The position numbers were made by a program, and so were the translations under genes. The notes beneath the pieces are model-generated. The model was not told the origin of the DNA, searched no databases, and worked only from the letters and a program-made list of their open reading frames with translations. A stretch of 64,000 bases of DNA, taken from NCBI GenBank assembly GCA_963815455.1, contig CAWFGO010000002.1, positions 640,001-704,000 of the forward strand, given 5' to 3'. Shown one piece after another: positions 30,979 through 41,807 of this stretch. Position 1 is the first letter of the stretch. Each line of letters opens with the position of its first letter. This stretch comes from an uncultured Verrucomicrobiae bacterium (GTDB lineage: Bacteria; Verrucomicrobiota; Verrucomicrobiia; Chthoniobacterales; UBA10450).

Positions 30979-31047
30979 GCATGGCAAGAGATATACGAAG
31001 CGCAATCCGCATTCAAGCGTTCGTGCGTGATCAAGGCGTAAATGCTC

Positions 31048-32259
31048 CTATTTCACGTCGCGCGTTTCTACGCCGTGAGTTTTCAGTTGAGCCAGCAAAA
31101 GGGCCAGATGGTCGCGGTCGCGTGTTTCAACAGTGCAAAGGACGCGCACGGCGGAAACGTCACTGCTGGCAAAGGCCCGGTCGTGGACGACTTGTTTAAT
31201 ACTGGCGCCGGCCTCCGCGATCTGGCCGGAGAGATCGGCCAGGCCGCCGGGGCGATCGCTGATAATTGCGGTGAATCGGCAGAGGCGGCCATCCGCGACG
31301 AGGGCGCGCTCGATCACCCGGCTCAGGACATTCGGATCGATGTTGCCGCCGCAGAGCGCAAGCACGACGCGTTTGCCGGCAAACTCTTTCAATTTGCCAG
31401 ACATGCAGGCAGCAAGCGGCGTTGCCGCCGCGCCTTCGACGACGCTTTTCTCCAGCTCAACCAGACGCAGAATCGCCAGCGCGATCTCTTCCTCAGTCAC
31501 GGTGACCGTAAGATCGACATTCGACTTCGCGATCTTGAACGCGTTCGTGCCGACCTGGGGAATGGCGAGGCCGTCGGCCAGCGTGGGGTGCATGTCGATC
31601 TTTACCGGCTTGTCCGCGCTGAGCGCAGCGGAAAAACTGGCGACGTTCTCCGCTTCCACGGCAATGATTTTCGCGTTTGGTCGCAGGGTCTTTATGGCCA
31701 GCGAAACGCCGGCAATTAATCCGGCGCCCCCGACCGGTACAACCACAGCATCGAGATCGGGAACTTGCTCGACAATTTCCAGCCCCATCGTTCCCTGTCC
31801 CGCGATGATCGCGGGATCGTCGTAGCCGTCGATGTAAGCCAGACTTATCTCATTCGCGATCTCGTGCGCGCGCGTCTTGGCGGCGGCGAAATCTTTTCCC
31901 CCCAGCACGACCGTCGCGCCGAGTTTCTGGCAATTATTTACTTTGATCAGCGGCGCAAATTTCGGCATCACCACCGTCGCCGGGATGCCGAGCAGCTTCC
32001 CCTGATAAGCGAGCGCCTGGGCGTGATTGCCGGCGGAAGCGGCGATGACTCCGCGCTTTTTCTGTTCGGGCGAAAGCTGGACGAGCGCATTGCGCGCCCC
32101 GCGCTCCTTGAAACTTCCGGTCCTCTGCAGGTTGTCGAGCTTGCAGAAAATTTCCATGCCGGTGATTTCGCTCAGGGGAATGGACGACGCGCAGGGCGAA
32201 AAATAAACCGCATCGGCAATGCGCTGGCGCGCTTCTTCGATGTCCTCGAACGTGATCAC
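31048..32259 (-). CDS. ilvA: Threonine ammonia-lyase with C-terminal ACT domain
   Basis: TGSFKERGA, SAGNHAQ, VPVGGAGL, GGNID, DRPGGL. Confidence 0.9.
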   Translation of the reverse strand: MITFEDIEEARQRIADAVYFSPCASSIPLSEITGMEIFCKLDNLQRTGSFKERGARNALVQLSPEQKKRGVIAASAGNHAQALAYQGKLLGIPATVVMPKFAPLIKVNNCQKLGATVVLGGKDFAAAKTRAHEIANEISLAYIDGYDDPAIIAGQGTMGLEIVEQVPDLDAVVVPVGGAGLIAGVSLAIKTLRPNAKIIAVEAENVASFSAALSADKPVKIDMHPTLADGLAIPQVGTNAFKIAKSNVDLTVTVTEEEIALAILRLVELEKSVVEGAAATPLAACMSGKLKEFAGKRVVLALCGGNIDPNVLSRVIERALVADGRLCRFTAIISDRPGGLADLSGQIAEAGASIKQVVHDRAFASSDVSAVRVLCTVETRDRDHLALLLAQLKTHGVETRDVK

Positions 32260-32322
32260 GCGCTGCAATCTTGGCGCAAGATCGCCAATCGACAACTCCG
32301 GCCGTCGGTGCGGTGTCGGTTT

Positions 32323-33978
32323 CTACGAATCCAGCGCCTGCCGAATGGTGTTGGCAAGTTGCTCCGGGTCGAACGGCTTGGGGAGGAAGAACATTCCGTT
32401 GTCGATCCTGTCTCCGGGATTGAGCGAATCAGCCAGATAACCGGAGACGAAAACGACTTTGGTATTTGGACTGATCTTGCGCAACCAGTCGGCGAAATAA
32501 CGGCCACTCATTTGCGGCATTACGACGTCGGTAAGCAGGAGATGGATGTTGCGCCCGGCGACCTCGGAAATCATGCGCTGGGCATCGTCGCCAGTGGCGG
32601 CCTCGATGACCTGATAGCCCAGTTTGCGAAGGACCCGCACGGAAATGTGTCGCACACTGACGTCGTCCTCGAGAACGAGAATCGTTTCCGTGCCGGTGGG
32701 AAGTTTTTTTAGATTCGGCTTTTTATAAGAGGGCAACGGCGGAGCGGCAACCCGTGGGAAGTAAATCTGCGCGGTCGTGCCCTTGCCTTCTTCGCTTTCA
32801 ACGCGGATGTGCCCGCCGCTTTGATGCACGATGCCGTAACAAGTGGCGAGGCCCAGGCCGCTTCGATCGTCTTTGGTGGTAAAAAACGGTTCAAACAGAT
32901 GCGACTTTGCTTCCTCGCTCATGCCTGTGCCGGTGTCGGCCACGCTGATGACGACATATTCGCCGGGAACAAAATGCCCGCAGAGAAAAGCCGGATCGGT
33001 TTCGCCAGTTAACTCGACAATTGCTGTTTCCAGGGTGAGCCGGCCGCCTTTCGGCATCGCGTCGCGAGCGTTCACAGCAAGGTTGAGAATGATCTGTGAG
33101 ATCTGGCTGGGATCGACTCGGACGTGAGCGTCTTCTTTAAAAGGATGCAAATGACAAACGATGTCTTCGCCGAGCAACCGCAGCAACGACCGCTCCAGAT
33201 TGACAATGAGCGAATTGACCTCGATGACTCGCGGTTCGAGAGCCTGCTTGCGACTGAACGCGAGCAATTGGCCGGCCAGATCGGACGCGCGACCGGCGGC
33301 TTTTCGAATCTCGGAGATGTGGTTTGCCACGATGCCTTTCGCGCCGGGCTCGGCCAGGGCGAGATCGCCGTAGCCCAGGATGGTCGTGAGAAAATTATTG
33401 AAGTCGTGCGCCAGACCACCGGCGAGCTGGCCAAAGGCTTCCATCTTTTGTGAACGGCAAAGCTGATCTTGAAGTTGTTTGCGCGCGGTAATGTCCATGA
33501 GCGATCCGATAAATCGCACAGCCCGCCCATCGCTACCGCGCTCGATCAGAGCGCGCTCGAGCAGGTGAACATAAGTTCCATCGGCGCGGCGGAAACGGTA
33601 CTCGCCACTCCAATGTGGCTCCGCTCCAGCCAGCGCGTCGCGAATGCCGGTTGCGACGCGGGTGCGATCGCCGGGATGGAGCCGTGCCTGCCAGAAACCG
33701 ATCGTGCTGCTATTAGAGGCGGCCGGATCGAAGCCGAGCAGGCTTTCGAACCCTTGCGGCCAGGACAGGGCTCCCGTTGCTACATTCCAATCCCGAACTG
33801 CATCGTTTGTAGCCCGGGCAACAATCTCAAAATGGTCCGAAGCCTGGGGCGAGCGATTCTCAGATAATATGCAATTTTCGTCTTCATTGGTGGGTTGTCC
33901 GTTGTAGGGGTTCGCGTCATAAACGCCCGGCAATTGCGCTAGACTGTTTTCCTTCTGATTCCCCGTAGCCAATTCCAT
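32323..33978 (-). CDS. PAS hybrid sensor histidine kinase / receiver (CckA-like architecture)
   Basis: PAS/PAC, AHDFNN, NARDAM, GLGLAT, TDVVMP. Confidence 0.92.
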   Translation of the reverse strand: MELATGNQKENSLAQLPGVYDANPYNGQPTNEDENCILSENRSPQASDHFEIVARATNDAVRDWNVATGALSWPQGFESLLGFDPAASNSSTIGFWQARLHPGDRTRVATGIRDALAGAEPHWSGEYRFRRADGTYVHLLERALIERGSDGRAVRFIGSLMDITARKQLQDQLCRSQKMEAFGQLAGGLAHDFNNFLTTILGYGDLALAEPGAKGIVANHISEIRKAAGRASDLAGQLLAFSRKQALEPRVIEVNSLIVNLERSLLRLLGEDIVCHLHPFKEDAHVRVDPSQISQIILNLAVNARDAMPKGGRLTLETAIVELTGETDPAFLCGHFVPGEYVVISVADTGTGMSEEAKSHLFEPFFTTKDDRSGLGLATCYGIVHQSGGHIRVESEEGKGTTAQIYFPRVAAPPLPSYKKPNLKKLPTGTETILVLEDDVSVRHISVRVLRKLGYQVIEAATGDDAQRMISEVAGRNIHLLLTDVVMPQMSGRYFADWLRKISPNTKVVFVSGYLADSLNPGDRIDNGMFFLPKPFDPEQLANTIRQALDS

Positions 33979-34012
33979 GCGTCACGACATCTCGAATCCC
34001 GCAGGGAAAAAT

Positions 34013-34029
34013 AGCTAGTTCCATGCCTA
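34013..34029 (-). promoter_or_regulatory. Candidate sigma-54 promoter of the hybrid kinase
   Basis: TAGGCATGGAACTAGCT (GG-N10-GC). Confidence 0.4.
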
Positions 34030-34233
34030 GAGTTGAAGATGCGCAGAGCGAAGAAAAGTGTGGATTCATTTCGCAAAAATCGCTGCCACAGACTTCGTTT
34101 TTGGCGCGATCGAGCAGCAGTTGAGCATGGTTTGATTTTTCAAATCGTGATTTCGTGAAATTGTGTTGCCGGTGCGTGATCAAGGAATCTCGGGGCAAGA
34201 ACTCCTGTCACTAACTCGATCAAAAAATTCGAC

Positions 34234-34857
34234 CTAATCGCGCGCAGCGCGCAGGACAGAAGGCGCCTCGAGACGGACGTAACCGAATCTGAGGGCTGTC
34301 GATGGATTCACGAACCGCACTCGATTTTCCCGATTTGCCGCAGCGGTGGACCCGGCCACGCGAAAGGAGAGTTTCACAAACCGCGCTTCGACGCCGATCA
34401 TGGAGAGATTGAAAAGTCGCTTGCGAGCAAACGGAATCGCGCCATCAACCGCTGTCCAGGCCGGGCTATCCGCCGGGAGAGGAGAATTCGAAACGGCAAT
34501 ATCGAGCTCGCCCTGAGCTGCGGCATTCTCGTTCACGAATGTAAACCGATCGAGCAACGCAATTCTGGCAAAGCTGATAATGAAAATCGTTTTACCCTCA
34601 CGCAATGGGCAGCTGATCGTCTCGTCATCTTTGATCGTCGCCGGCGCGTTTTGCGCCGAACCGTCGGCGTCGGCTACGGGCGAAACACGGCCGTCCGGCG
34701 TGATGCATTGAATCTGGGTGACAGCATGCAGCGGTTTTGAATTAACCCCCGGATTTTCAGCCTCCGCCGCGGTGGCCCGGCCGGCCGGGACGAAACCGGG
34801 CACCAGCAGTCCGGCGGCCAACGCCAGGGACAAAAAGTGAGATTGAGAGCGATTCAT
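34234..34857 (-). CDS. Exported hypothetical protein
   Basis: Signal peptide, SD-like GAGGGG, beta-rich sequence. Confidence 0.65.
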   Translation of the reverse strand: MNRSQSHFLSLALAAGLLVPGFVPAGRATAAEAENPGVNSKPLHAVTQIQCITPDGRVSPVADADGSAQNAPATIKDDETISCPLREGKTIFIISFARIALLDRFTFVNENAAAQGELDIAVSNSPLPADSPAWTAVDGAIPFARKRLFNLSMIGVEARFVKLSFRVAGSTAAANRENRVRFVNPSTALRFGYVRLEAPSVLRAARD

Positions 34858-35276
34858 GACCCCTCATCCAACAGCTTAGATTGGGCCAAACTGGACCGCT
34901 TTCCCAAGTTCGCCTCCCCGGTGGCAGAATCGCCGAACTCTGCCACTGTCTCCCAGTTGAGATTCTTCGCCGTCATCCCTTAGGAAATGCCCGTCGCCGG
35001 GCCCCAAAGAGGCAAAGCCAGACCGGTCCGGCATCGGTCAAAGACCACAAGAATTGGCCCCATCTCCCCTCGGAGGGCGCCCGGTTGCACCGGGCCAAGC
35101 GAAGGCGATTCTTATGGGGGAAAAAATGGGCGTTTTTTTTGGGCTGATTTCGCTTGCTAGCTCCTTGAAGCATTTAGTAGAAGTAGCGGGACAAGGAGAA
35201 ATCTGTAGTCAGCCAGCATTATTATATCCATGGAAGACGTGTCGAAAAAATCCAGCCTTCCCAAACGAAATTTATT

Positions 35277-35293
35277 TTGGTACCACAACTGCT
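35277..35293 (+). promoter_or_regulatory. Candidate sigma-54 promoter of the EPS export operon
   Basis: TTGGTACCACAACTGCT, ending 26 nt before ATG 35320. Confidence 0.5.
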
Positions 35294-35319
35294 ATCGTTC
35301 AAACTCGCCTGACCTGTCT

Positions 35320-36653
35320 ATGAGCCGCCAAACCATCTCTTGCTCGCGTTTTCCAAAGCGGATCGCTTTGGTCTGTTTACTGCCGCTTCTTCTTGTGCCC
35401 TCAGTGGTTCGGTCGCAAGACGCGGTACGTCCGTCGCTGGCAGGCGAAGCAGCCAGCGAAGCGCGCCGGCAGGATGTCGATCGAATTCCCTACAATCTTC
35501 TCGTCGGCCCGGTCCGTCTCCGTGTCGGCGCAAGCGTCGGTGTGGAATACAACGACAACATCAATTACGCCGATGACGGTTTTGCCGAGGAGGACGTCAT
35601 CATCCGGCCGCAAATCAATTTCGACGCCATCTGGCCGCTCACCCAGCTGAATACTCTGCGGCTGGATATCGGGATCAGCTACGCCGCTTATCTCGATCAC
35701 TCGGAGGCGAACACGAACCAGATTCTGGTGGCCCCGAATTCGCAGTTGGCTTTCGATATTTTCGTGGGCGATTTCCGGATCAACTTCCACGATCGCTTTT
35801 CGGTCCAGCAAGACCCGATCGCCGAGGTGGGCCTGAACAATGTGACCGATTATCGGACGCTTCCAGAACTATGCCGGCGTCTCGGTCCTGTGGGATCTGA
35901 ACCAGATTTTGATCACCCTGGGATACGATCATTACAATTATGTTTCCACGACCGATCGGTTTGATTATCTGGACCGTAACGCGGAGCAGCTGTCGGGAAC
36001 GGCCGGCGTGAAGGTCTCGGACGCCATTTTCACCGGCGTGGAAGGAAACGCCGTCTTCACCCGTTATAACAAGAGCGTTTTGAACGATCAGCGAGAATTA
36101 CAGCGGCGGCGGATTCATCGAAGCTCAATTGAGCAATAATATCCGGGCGCGCATCGCGGGCGGCTATCAATGGATCGATTTCGATCACAACTTTGTGACG
36201 TTTGATTTTGGTTTTCCCTTCGGAGTGGTCATGCTTCCCGACAAGAAGGACCAGGCGGATTACTACGCCAACGGTCTCCTGACTCACCAAATCAACGAAT
36301 CTATCAGCCAATCGATCAGCGCGGGTCATGAGAATCAGCTGGGTGTGAACTCAAACTCCATCCGGCTCAATTACGTCCGGCACACGGTGAACTGGAAGGT
36401 CTTGCGCAATACGCTGCTCACCACCGAATTCTTTTACGAAGATGCGAAAGATTCGGGCGGTCTGGCCGCGTTTCCGTTCTCGGCCAAGGGCGAACATCTC
36501 CAGCGTTACGGCGGAGCGCTCACTGTTGGCTATCAATTAACACCCCACGTAACCCTTGGCTTGCGTTACCAGTACACCCGGAAAGATTCCGACGTGCCGC
36601 TGCGTGACTATGAGCAAAACCGTGTTTCATTAGACGGAACCTACAGTTTCTAA
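35320..36653 (+). CDS. Outer-membrane beta-barrel associated with polysaccharide export (frameshifted)
   Basis: Signal peptide, YNDNIN, terminal DYEQNRVSLDGTYSF; precedes wza/wzc. Confidence 0.8.
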
Positions 36654-36662
36654 AGGGATGAA

Positions 36663-37377
36663 GTGGGAATGTTAATGAGAGTTCGTGTCTATGCGTTAAT
36701 CTCCGCTGTTTTTGTCTGGGTTTCGCCGCCAGGGAATGCCCAGCACTCTCAGCAATCGCAGGACGTTGCTACGCCCATTCCGTTAACGACCAGAACGCCC
36801 TCAAACGAAGCTTCTTCGAGGCACGAGCACCGTCATGCTCACCAACTCGATGGATGTCCTGGACGATAAGAAAAAACTTGGCTCGAACGATTTCGTCAGT
36901 TTCCGGGTTGTCGAAGACCGCGATAACGAATCGCAACGGCTCCGGGTAAACGACAATGGGGAATTGGAAGTCCCCTATATTGGCCCGGTGCCGGCCTCGG
37001 GGAAAACTTGCAAACAGCTCGCCCGCGATATCAAAGGCGCCCTGGAGAAAGAATATTATTATCACGCGACGGTGATTCTGGCCCTGGACCGGGTCAGCGA
37101 AAAATCCCGCGGGCGCGTTTACGTTTACGGTTCAGTCAGGGCCCAGGGGCCGCAGGAGATCCCACCGGACGAGGTTTATACCGTCAGCAAGGCGATCATT
37201 CGCGCCGGGGGCTTCGGCGATTTCGCAAACAAGCGCAAGGTCAAGCTCACCCGCCTGGATGGCAAGGATTACACTGTCGATCTTAAACGCGTGATCGAAG
37301 AAGGACACTCCGACGAAGACGTCGCCCTTCAGCCCGACGACACGATCTACGTGCCCCAGAAGTTAATTAACATGTAG
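36663..37377 (+). CDS. wza: Polysaccharide export protein, PES plus SLBB domains (frameshifted)
   Basis: GELEVPYIGPV, VYVYGSV, AIIRAGGF, LQPDDTIYVP. Confidence 0.85.
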
Positions 37378-37379
37378 CC

Positions 37380-39533
37380 ATGCAACTTCCGACCGCTGAA
37401 AAATACACGGCGCCTTCCTGGTCCACCAGTTTCGTTACCCGGCTCCACCGCTACAAGACCCTCCTGCTCAGGCGCTGGTGGATCCCGGTGCTGACCATTT
37501 GTCTCGGGCTGTTTGTCGAAGCGTGGATCACCGTTCAAACGCCGCCTTCATTTCTCTCGACCAGCAAAATGATGATGCCGGGACAACTGCGAATCCCCCA
37601 GGGCGCAATTTACAGCGAGGAATCGCAAAACTTTTTCGGCACCCAAATCCAGCTGATGCAGAGCGCCGAAGTGAAACGTGGCGCGGAAGCGCTCGTCCGC
37701 TCGATCCATCCGGAAATGCAGCCGGTGCCGGTCATACTCACTATTTATCAGCGCCCGCGCACTTCGATTTTTGAGCTCCAGGCCATTGGCCGCTCGCCGG
37801 AGTACACCCAGGCTTATCTCAATGCGGTGATGCAGAAGTATCTCGACTTCAAAAAAGGGGTGCGGGAGGGCCAGGGCCAGACGGTGATCACCGGTATTAC
37901 CGAACAGCTCATCCAGACGGAAAAGGACTTGAGGACGGCCGAAGATGAAATGCTCGAGTTCCAGAAACAGAACAACATCGGTTTTATCCAGGAGGAAGGA
38001 AACAGTGCCGCCGCTTATCTGGTAAAATTGAATCGCGATTATGCCGCGTTCAAAACCGAATACGATTTGCTCGATTTGCTCGACCTCGATCAGACCCTCG
38101 ATCGGGCCAAGAACAGGTCCGAAGGCGGCGCCGCCACGGAAACCGACCAGCAAGTGATGCCGTTTTCCGGCGTCGGTCCGGAAGCGGATTACTTGAAGGC
38201 CAAACAGCAAGTCCAGTTGCTTAAGGCGGAGCGGGACATTCTGGCGAAAAATCTTCGCCCCAACCACCCCAAGATCATCAAGATCGCCGACGAAATCTCG
38301 AAGCAGGAAAAATTGATCGATCTCTACCGCGGCGACGCTTTGGAAAAACTGAAGACTCGCCGCGAATCCATCGGCAAGCAGATGGAAAACCTCCAGACGA
38401 ACATCAAGGAGTGGGAAGCAAAAGCGCTCGACCTCAGCCAGCGCCTGGCCCTGTTCAATCGGGTCAAAGGCAAAGTTGATCGTCTAAAAGTTTTGTATGA
38501 ACGATTGGCCAACAATCTCAAGGAAGTCGATGTCTCACAGGTGGTTGATTCGGCCGATCAAATCGCCATCATGGAAATGGGCACGACGCCAGTCTCGGTG
38601 CATCCCGGGTTGGTTAAAAGTCTCCTGATCGGTTTCGGGTGCGGCCTGTTCGCCGGTATTGCCATTCTCATCCTGCTCGATCGCATCGACGATCGCATGG
38701 CGTCTTTGAGCGAATTTCAGCGGCAGTTCTCCGAAAGCGTGCTGGGCCAAATCCCCAAAGAGAGAACCAAAGGGAAAGTCACGTTGCTCCAGCCCGATGA
38801 TGCCCGCCATGTCTTTGCCGAATCGTACCGGAACGTCCGCTCGTCAATTTTCTTCATGCCTTACGATGGACCGAGGCCGAAAACGCTGCTTATCACCAGC
38901 GCTGTTCCCAACGAAGGGAAATCAACCATCGCAGCCAACCTTTCCATTACCATGGCGCTCTCCGGCGCGCGCACGTTGTTGATCGATGCCGACCTTCGCC
39001 GCGGCGCCGTTCGCGAGACTTTCGGCATTTCATCGAAGATCGGTTTTTCGGAAGTGCTCAAACAGGAAGTAAACTGGCGGGAAGTAGTCGTCCCGACCTC
39101 CTATCCGAATTTGTTTATTCTGCCGCGCGGGCGCACGTTGTCGCAGCCGAGCGAACATCTCCTGCGCGAATCCACCGATGCGTTGCTGCAAGAGATTTAC
39201 AACGAATACGACTACATCGTGATCGACAGCTCGCCGATCCTGGCTGCGGACGATACCACGAGCCTGGCTCCCAAGATCGATGCCACCCTGTTCGTTGTCC
39301 GCCTCGGTTACACCTCCGGACGGCTCACCCGCAAATCCCTCGAATTACTTTACAATCGGCAGGTAAACGTTCCGGGCGTCATTCTCAATTTCGTCGATAC
39401 GACGCTGCCCGAATATTATTACTACCAGTATTCGGAATATTACAACACGCCTGCGCCTGCAGCGACTAATGGTGAAACCATGACGCCGTTGCCGCCGCGT
39501 CGTGGCCAACCCAAGCACGCCCAGACTTCCTAG
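37380..39533 (+). CDS. wzc: Polysaccharide co-polymerase / tyrosine autokinase
   Basis: Coiled coil between TM segments, EGKST, IDADLRR, IDSSP, Tyr cluster EYYYYQYSEYY. Confidence 0.95.
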   Translation: MQLPTAEKYTAPSWSTSFVTRLHRYKTLLLRRWWIPVLTICLGLFVEAWITVQTPPSFLSTSKMMMPGQLRIPQGAIYSEESQNFFGTQIQLMQSAEVKRGAEALVRSIHPEMQPVPVILTIYQRPRTSIFELQAIGRSPEYTQAYLNAVMQKYLDFKKGVREGQGQTVITGITEQLIQTEKDLRTAEDEMLEFQKQNNIGFIQEEGNSAAAYLVKLNRDYAAFKTEYDLLDLLDLDQTLDRAKNRSEGGAATETDQQVMPFSGVGPEADYLKAKQQVQLLKAERDILAKNLRPNHPKIIKIADEISKQEKLIDLYRGDALEKLKTRRESIGKQMENLQTNIKEWEAKALDLSQRLALFNRVKGKVDRLKVLYERLANNLKEVDVSQVVDSADQIAIMEMGTTPVSVHPGLVKSLLIGFGCGLFAGIAILILLDRIDDRMASLSEFQRQFSESVLGQIPKERTKGKVTLLQPDDARHVFAESYRNVRSSIFFMPYDGPRPKTLLITSAVPNEGKSTIAANLSITMALSGARTLLIDADLRRGAVRETFGISSKIGFSEVLKQEVNWREVVVPTSYPNLFILPRGRTLSQPSEHLLRESTDALLQEIYNEYDYIVIDSSPILAADDTTSLAPKIDATLFVVRLGYTSGRLTRKSLELLYNRQVNVPGVILNFVDTTLPEYYYYQYSEYYNTPAPAATNGETMTPLPPRRGQPKHAQTS

Positions 39534-39602
39534 CGCAGGCAGCTTGTCTGTGGCGGGGTGGCGCCGGCAGGCATACTGCCCGTAAAATTCTTGGAATTCA
39601 TC

Positions 39603-39619
39603 TTGGCACTTCGATAGCT
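39603..39619 (+). promoter_or_regulatory. Candidate sigma-54 promoter upstream of the flippase
   Basis: TTGGCACTTCGATAGCT, ending 29 nt before ATG 39649. Confidence 0.5.
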
Positions 39620-39648
39620 CATTGCTCTCTTGAGCAGATGATCACGCC

Positions 39649-40968
39649 ATGAGTTTCTTCGGCCCCATTCCAACGCCGCTCGAGGATGAGACTTCATCCC
39701 CTTTGATCCGGCGCGCGTTATATCGGGCGAAAATCGTCGGTCGTTTCGCAATCGTTCAAGCAATAGTCCAAATCATCGGCTTTGGCAGCGGCATTTTGCT
39801 CGTTCATAAACTGAGCCAGCAGGAATACGCCTACTTCACTATCGCCAATAGCATGCAGGCGACGCTGCAGATTCTTGGCGACCTCGGGATCAGCGTAGGC
39901 TTGATCTCGATTGGCGGTCGCGTTTGGCAGGATCGACATCGATTCGGCCAGCTCATCAATACCGCGCTAAGCCTCCGCAAACGACTGAGCGTGCTGGCCA
40001 TTCTCGTCGTAACGCCGTGTCTCTATTTCCTTTTGGCCAGGAATAACGCGCCGATCTCTTACGCCGCGATCATCATCGCTCTGGTTGTTGGCGGCATACA
40101 AATTCAACTGTCGATCGGCGTCCTGACCGTTGTTCCTCGTCTGCACTCCGATATTCGCAAGATCCAGAAAATCGATCTCACCGGCGCGATCATTCGTCTC
40201 ACTTTGCTGACCGCACTGATGTTTCTGTTTCTCGACGCGGCCGTGGCCATCGCGGTGACGGCGGCAACCTGGCTCATTCAATACTTCATGCTTCGCGGTT
40301 ACGTCAGCGAAACGATCGATCGCAGCGCGCCGCAAAATTCAGAGGATCGACGTGAGATTTTTCGCCTGATCAAACATCTGGCGCCCAATTCGATCTTTTA
40401 TTGTCTGCAAGGACAGATCACGGTTTTTCTCATCAGTCTTTTCGCCCGCCACACCACTTCGATCGCCGAAGTCGGCGCCCTCGGCCGATTGGCCATGATC
40501 TTCACCATCCTCAGCAATCTGCTCGCCAATATTTTTGTCCCCGCGTTTGCCCGATGTCAGGATCCGCGAAAAATGCGATGGTTCTACGCCGCGATTGTCG
40601 GCGGCGTGACGGCATTCAGTTTGGTAGTCCTGGCCGGCGCGCGATTTTTTCCGCGGGAATTCCTGTTCGTGCTCGGAAACAAATACGCCAATCTTGATCA
40701 CGAATTGTTCTTGATGATTGCGCTTGCCATCGGCGCAGCGATCACCGGCACGCTCTGGTCTTTGAATGCGGCAAAGGCCTGGGTCACCGGCTCCTGGCTC
40801 TATATTCCTCTGACCTTGGTTACGCAGATCGCTCTCATTCCCTTCACCAATTTTTCCAGTGTGTCCGGTGTTCTTATTTTCAATCTAATCTCGATCGTGC
40901 CGAATTTGTTTCTCAACGCTGTTCTGACCTACCGCGGCTTTCGATCCTTGCCGCAGCCCGCTGGATGA
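39649..40968 (+). CDS. wzx: Wzx-like flippase
   Basis: About 12 TM segments, LSQQEYAYF, EPS context. Confidence 0.75.
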   Translation: MSFFGPIPTPLEDETSSPLIRRALYRAKIVGRFAIVQAIVQIIGFGSGILLVHKLSQQEYAYFTIANSMQATLQILGDLGISVGLISIGGRVWQDRHRFGQLINTALSLRKRLSVLAILVVTPCLYFLLARNNAPISYAAIIIALVVGGIQIQLSIGVLTVVPRLHSDIRKIQKIDLTGAIIRLTLLTALMFLFLDAAVAIAVTAATWLIQYFMLRGYVSETIDRSAPQNSEDRREIFRLIKHLAPNSIFYCLQGQITVFLISLFARHTTSIAEVGALGRLAMIFTILSNLLANIFVPAFARCQDPRKMRWFYAAIVGGVTAFSLVVLAGARFFPREFLFVLGNKYANLDHELFLMIALAIGAAITGTLWSLNAAKAWVTGSWLYIPLTLVTQIALIPFTNFSSVSGVLIFNLISIVPNLFLNAVLTYRGFRSLPQPAG

Positions 40969-41807
40969 TCAACTTCCCCTACCATCTCGCCCGTGCCGAA
41001 GGCCACGCCAGTCGAGATATCTATCGGGCCGCTCTTCCTTTGATCGTTCGCCGGAAAATCGAGTCGCCTCGCAAGATCGACATCGATGTCTATTCCTATT
41101 CCGGCGAGCGGGCGCTGCCCGAGCAAGTCGCCTCCATTCGTTCCTTTCTGCGATTTGCCGGTCGCCCCGCTCGTTTCACTGTCGTGTCCGACGGAAGCTA
41201 CACGTCACAAAGCAGCGGCCTGTTGCAGCGAATCGATCCCGTTGTTCAGATCCAAGCCGCAACTCCTCCTCCCTCTGTCGATCTTCCCGAAAAACTTCGG
41301 AATTACCTCTCCCGCCATCCGACCGGCAAACAACTTGCGCTGATCATGTCCTTGCCAAAAAACAATCCGGCGTTGTACATCGATTCCGATGTTCTCTTTT
41401 TCGCGGGCGCCACCGATCTGGCAGGTCGTGTGGCCGTTCATGATGCGCCGGCTTATTACCTCAGCGATTGCCAATTCTCAGGCGACTCCCGTCTTCTGCA
41501 CGATGCGCAGGAACAACGAGAACCGGTGAACACGGGCGCATTACTCCTCTTTGAAAAACTCGACTGGTCGCTCAGTATCGATCGATTTCTCAAACTCGAC
41601 GGCGATCCCAGTTTTTTTACCAACCAAACAATGACGCACTTGACGATGCACGCGAACGGAGCGCAGCCGTTCGATCCGGCGAAGTACGTGCTTCAGCTCG
41701 GCGATCAGTTCGGTTACGGCGATCGCTATGCCAACAAGTCGCTCGTCATGCGCCATTATGTAAATCCAGTCCGTCACAAATTCTGGACTCGTCTTGCCCG
41801 TGGATAA
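40965..41807 (+). CDS. Putative GT-A fold glycosyltransferase
   Basis: YIDSDVLF DxD motif, VNTG. Confidence 0.6.
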   Translation: MINFPYHLARAEGHASRDIYRAALPLIVRRKIESPRKIDIDVYSYSGERALPEQVASIRSFLRFAGRPARFTVVSDGSYTSQSSGLLQRIDPVVQIQAATPPPSVDLPEKLRNYLSRHPTGKQLALIMSLPKNNPALYIDSDVLFFAGATDLAGRVAVHDAPAYYLSDCQFSGDSRLLHDAQEQREPVNTGALLLFEKLDWSLSIDRFLKLDGDPSFFTNQTMTHLTMHANGAQPFDPAKYVLQLGDQFGYGDRYANKSLVMRHYVNPVRHKFWTRLARG

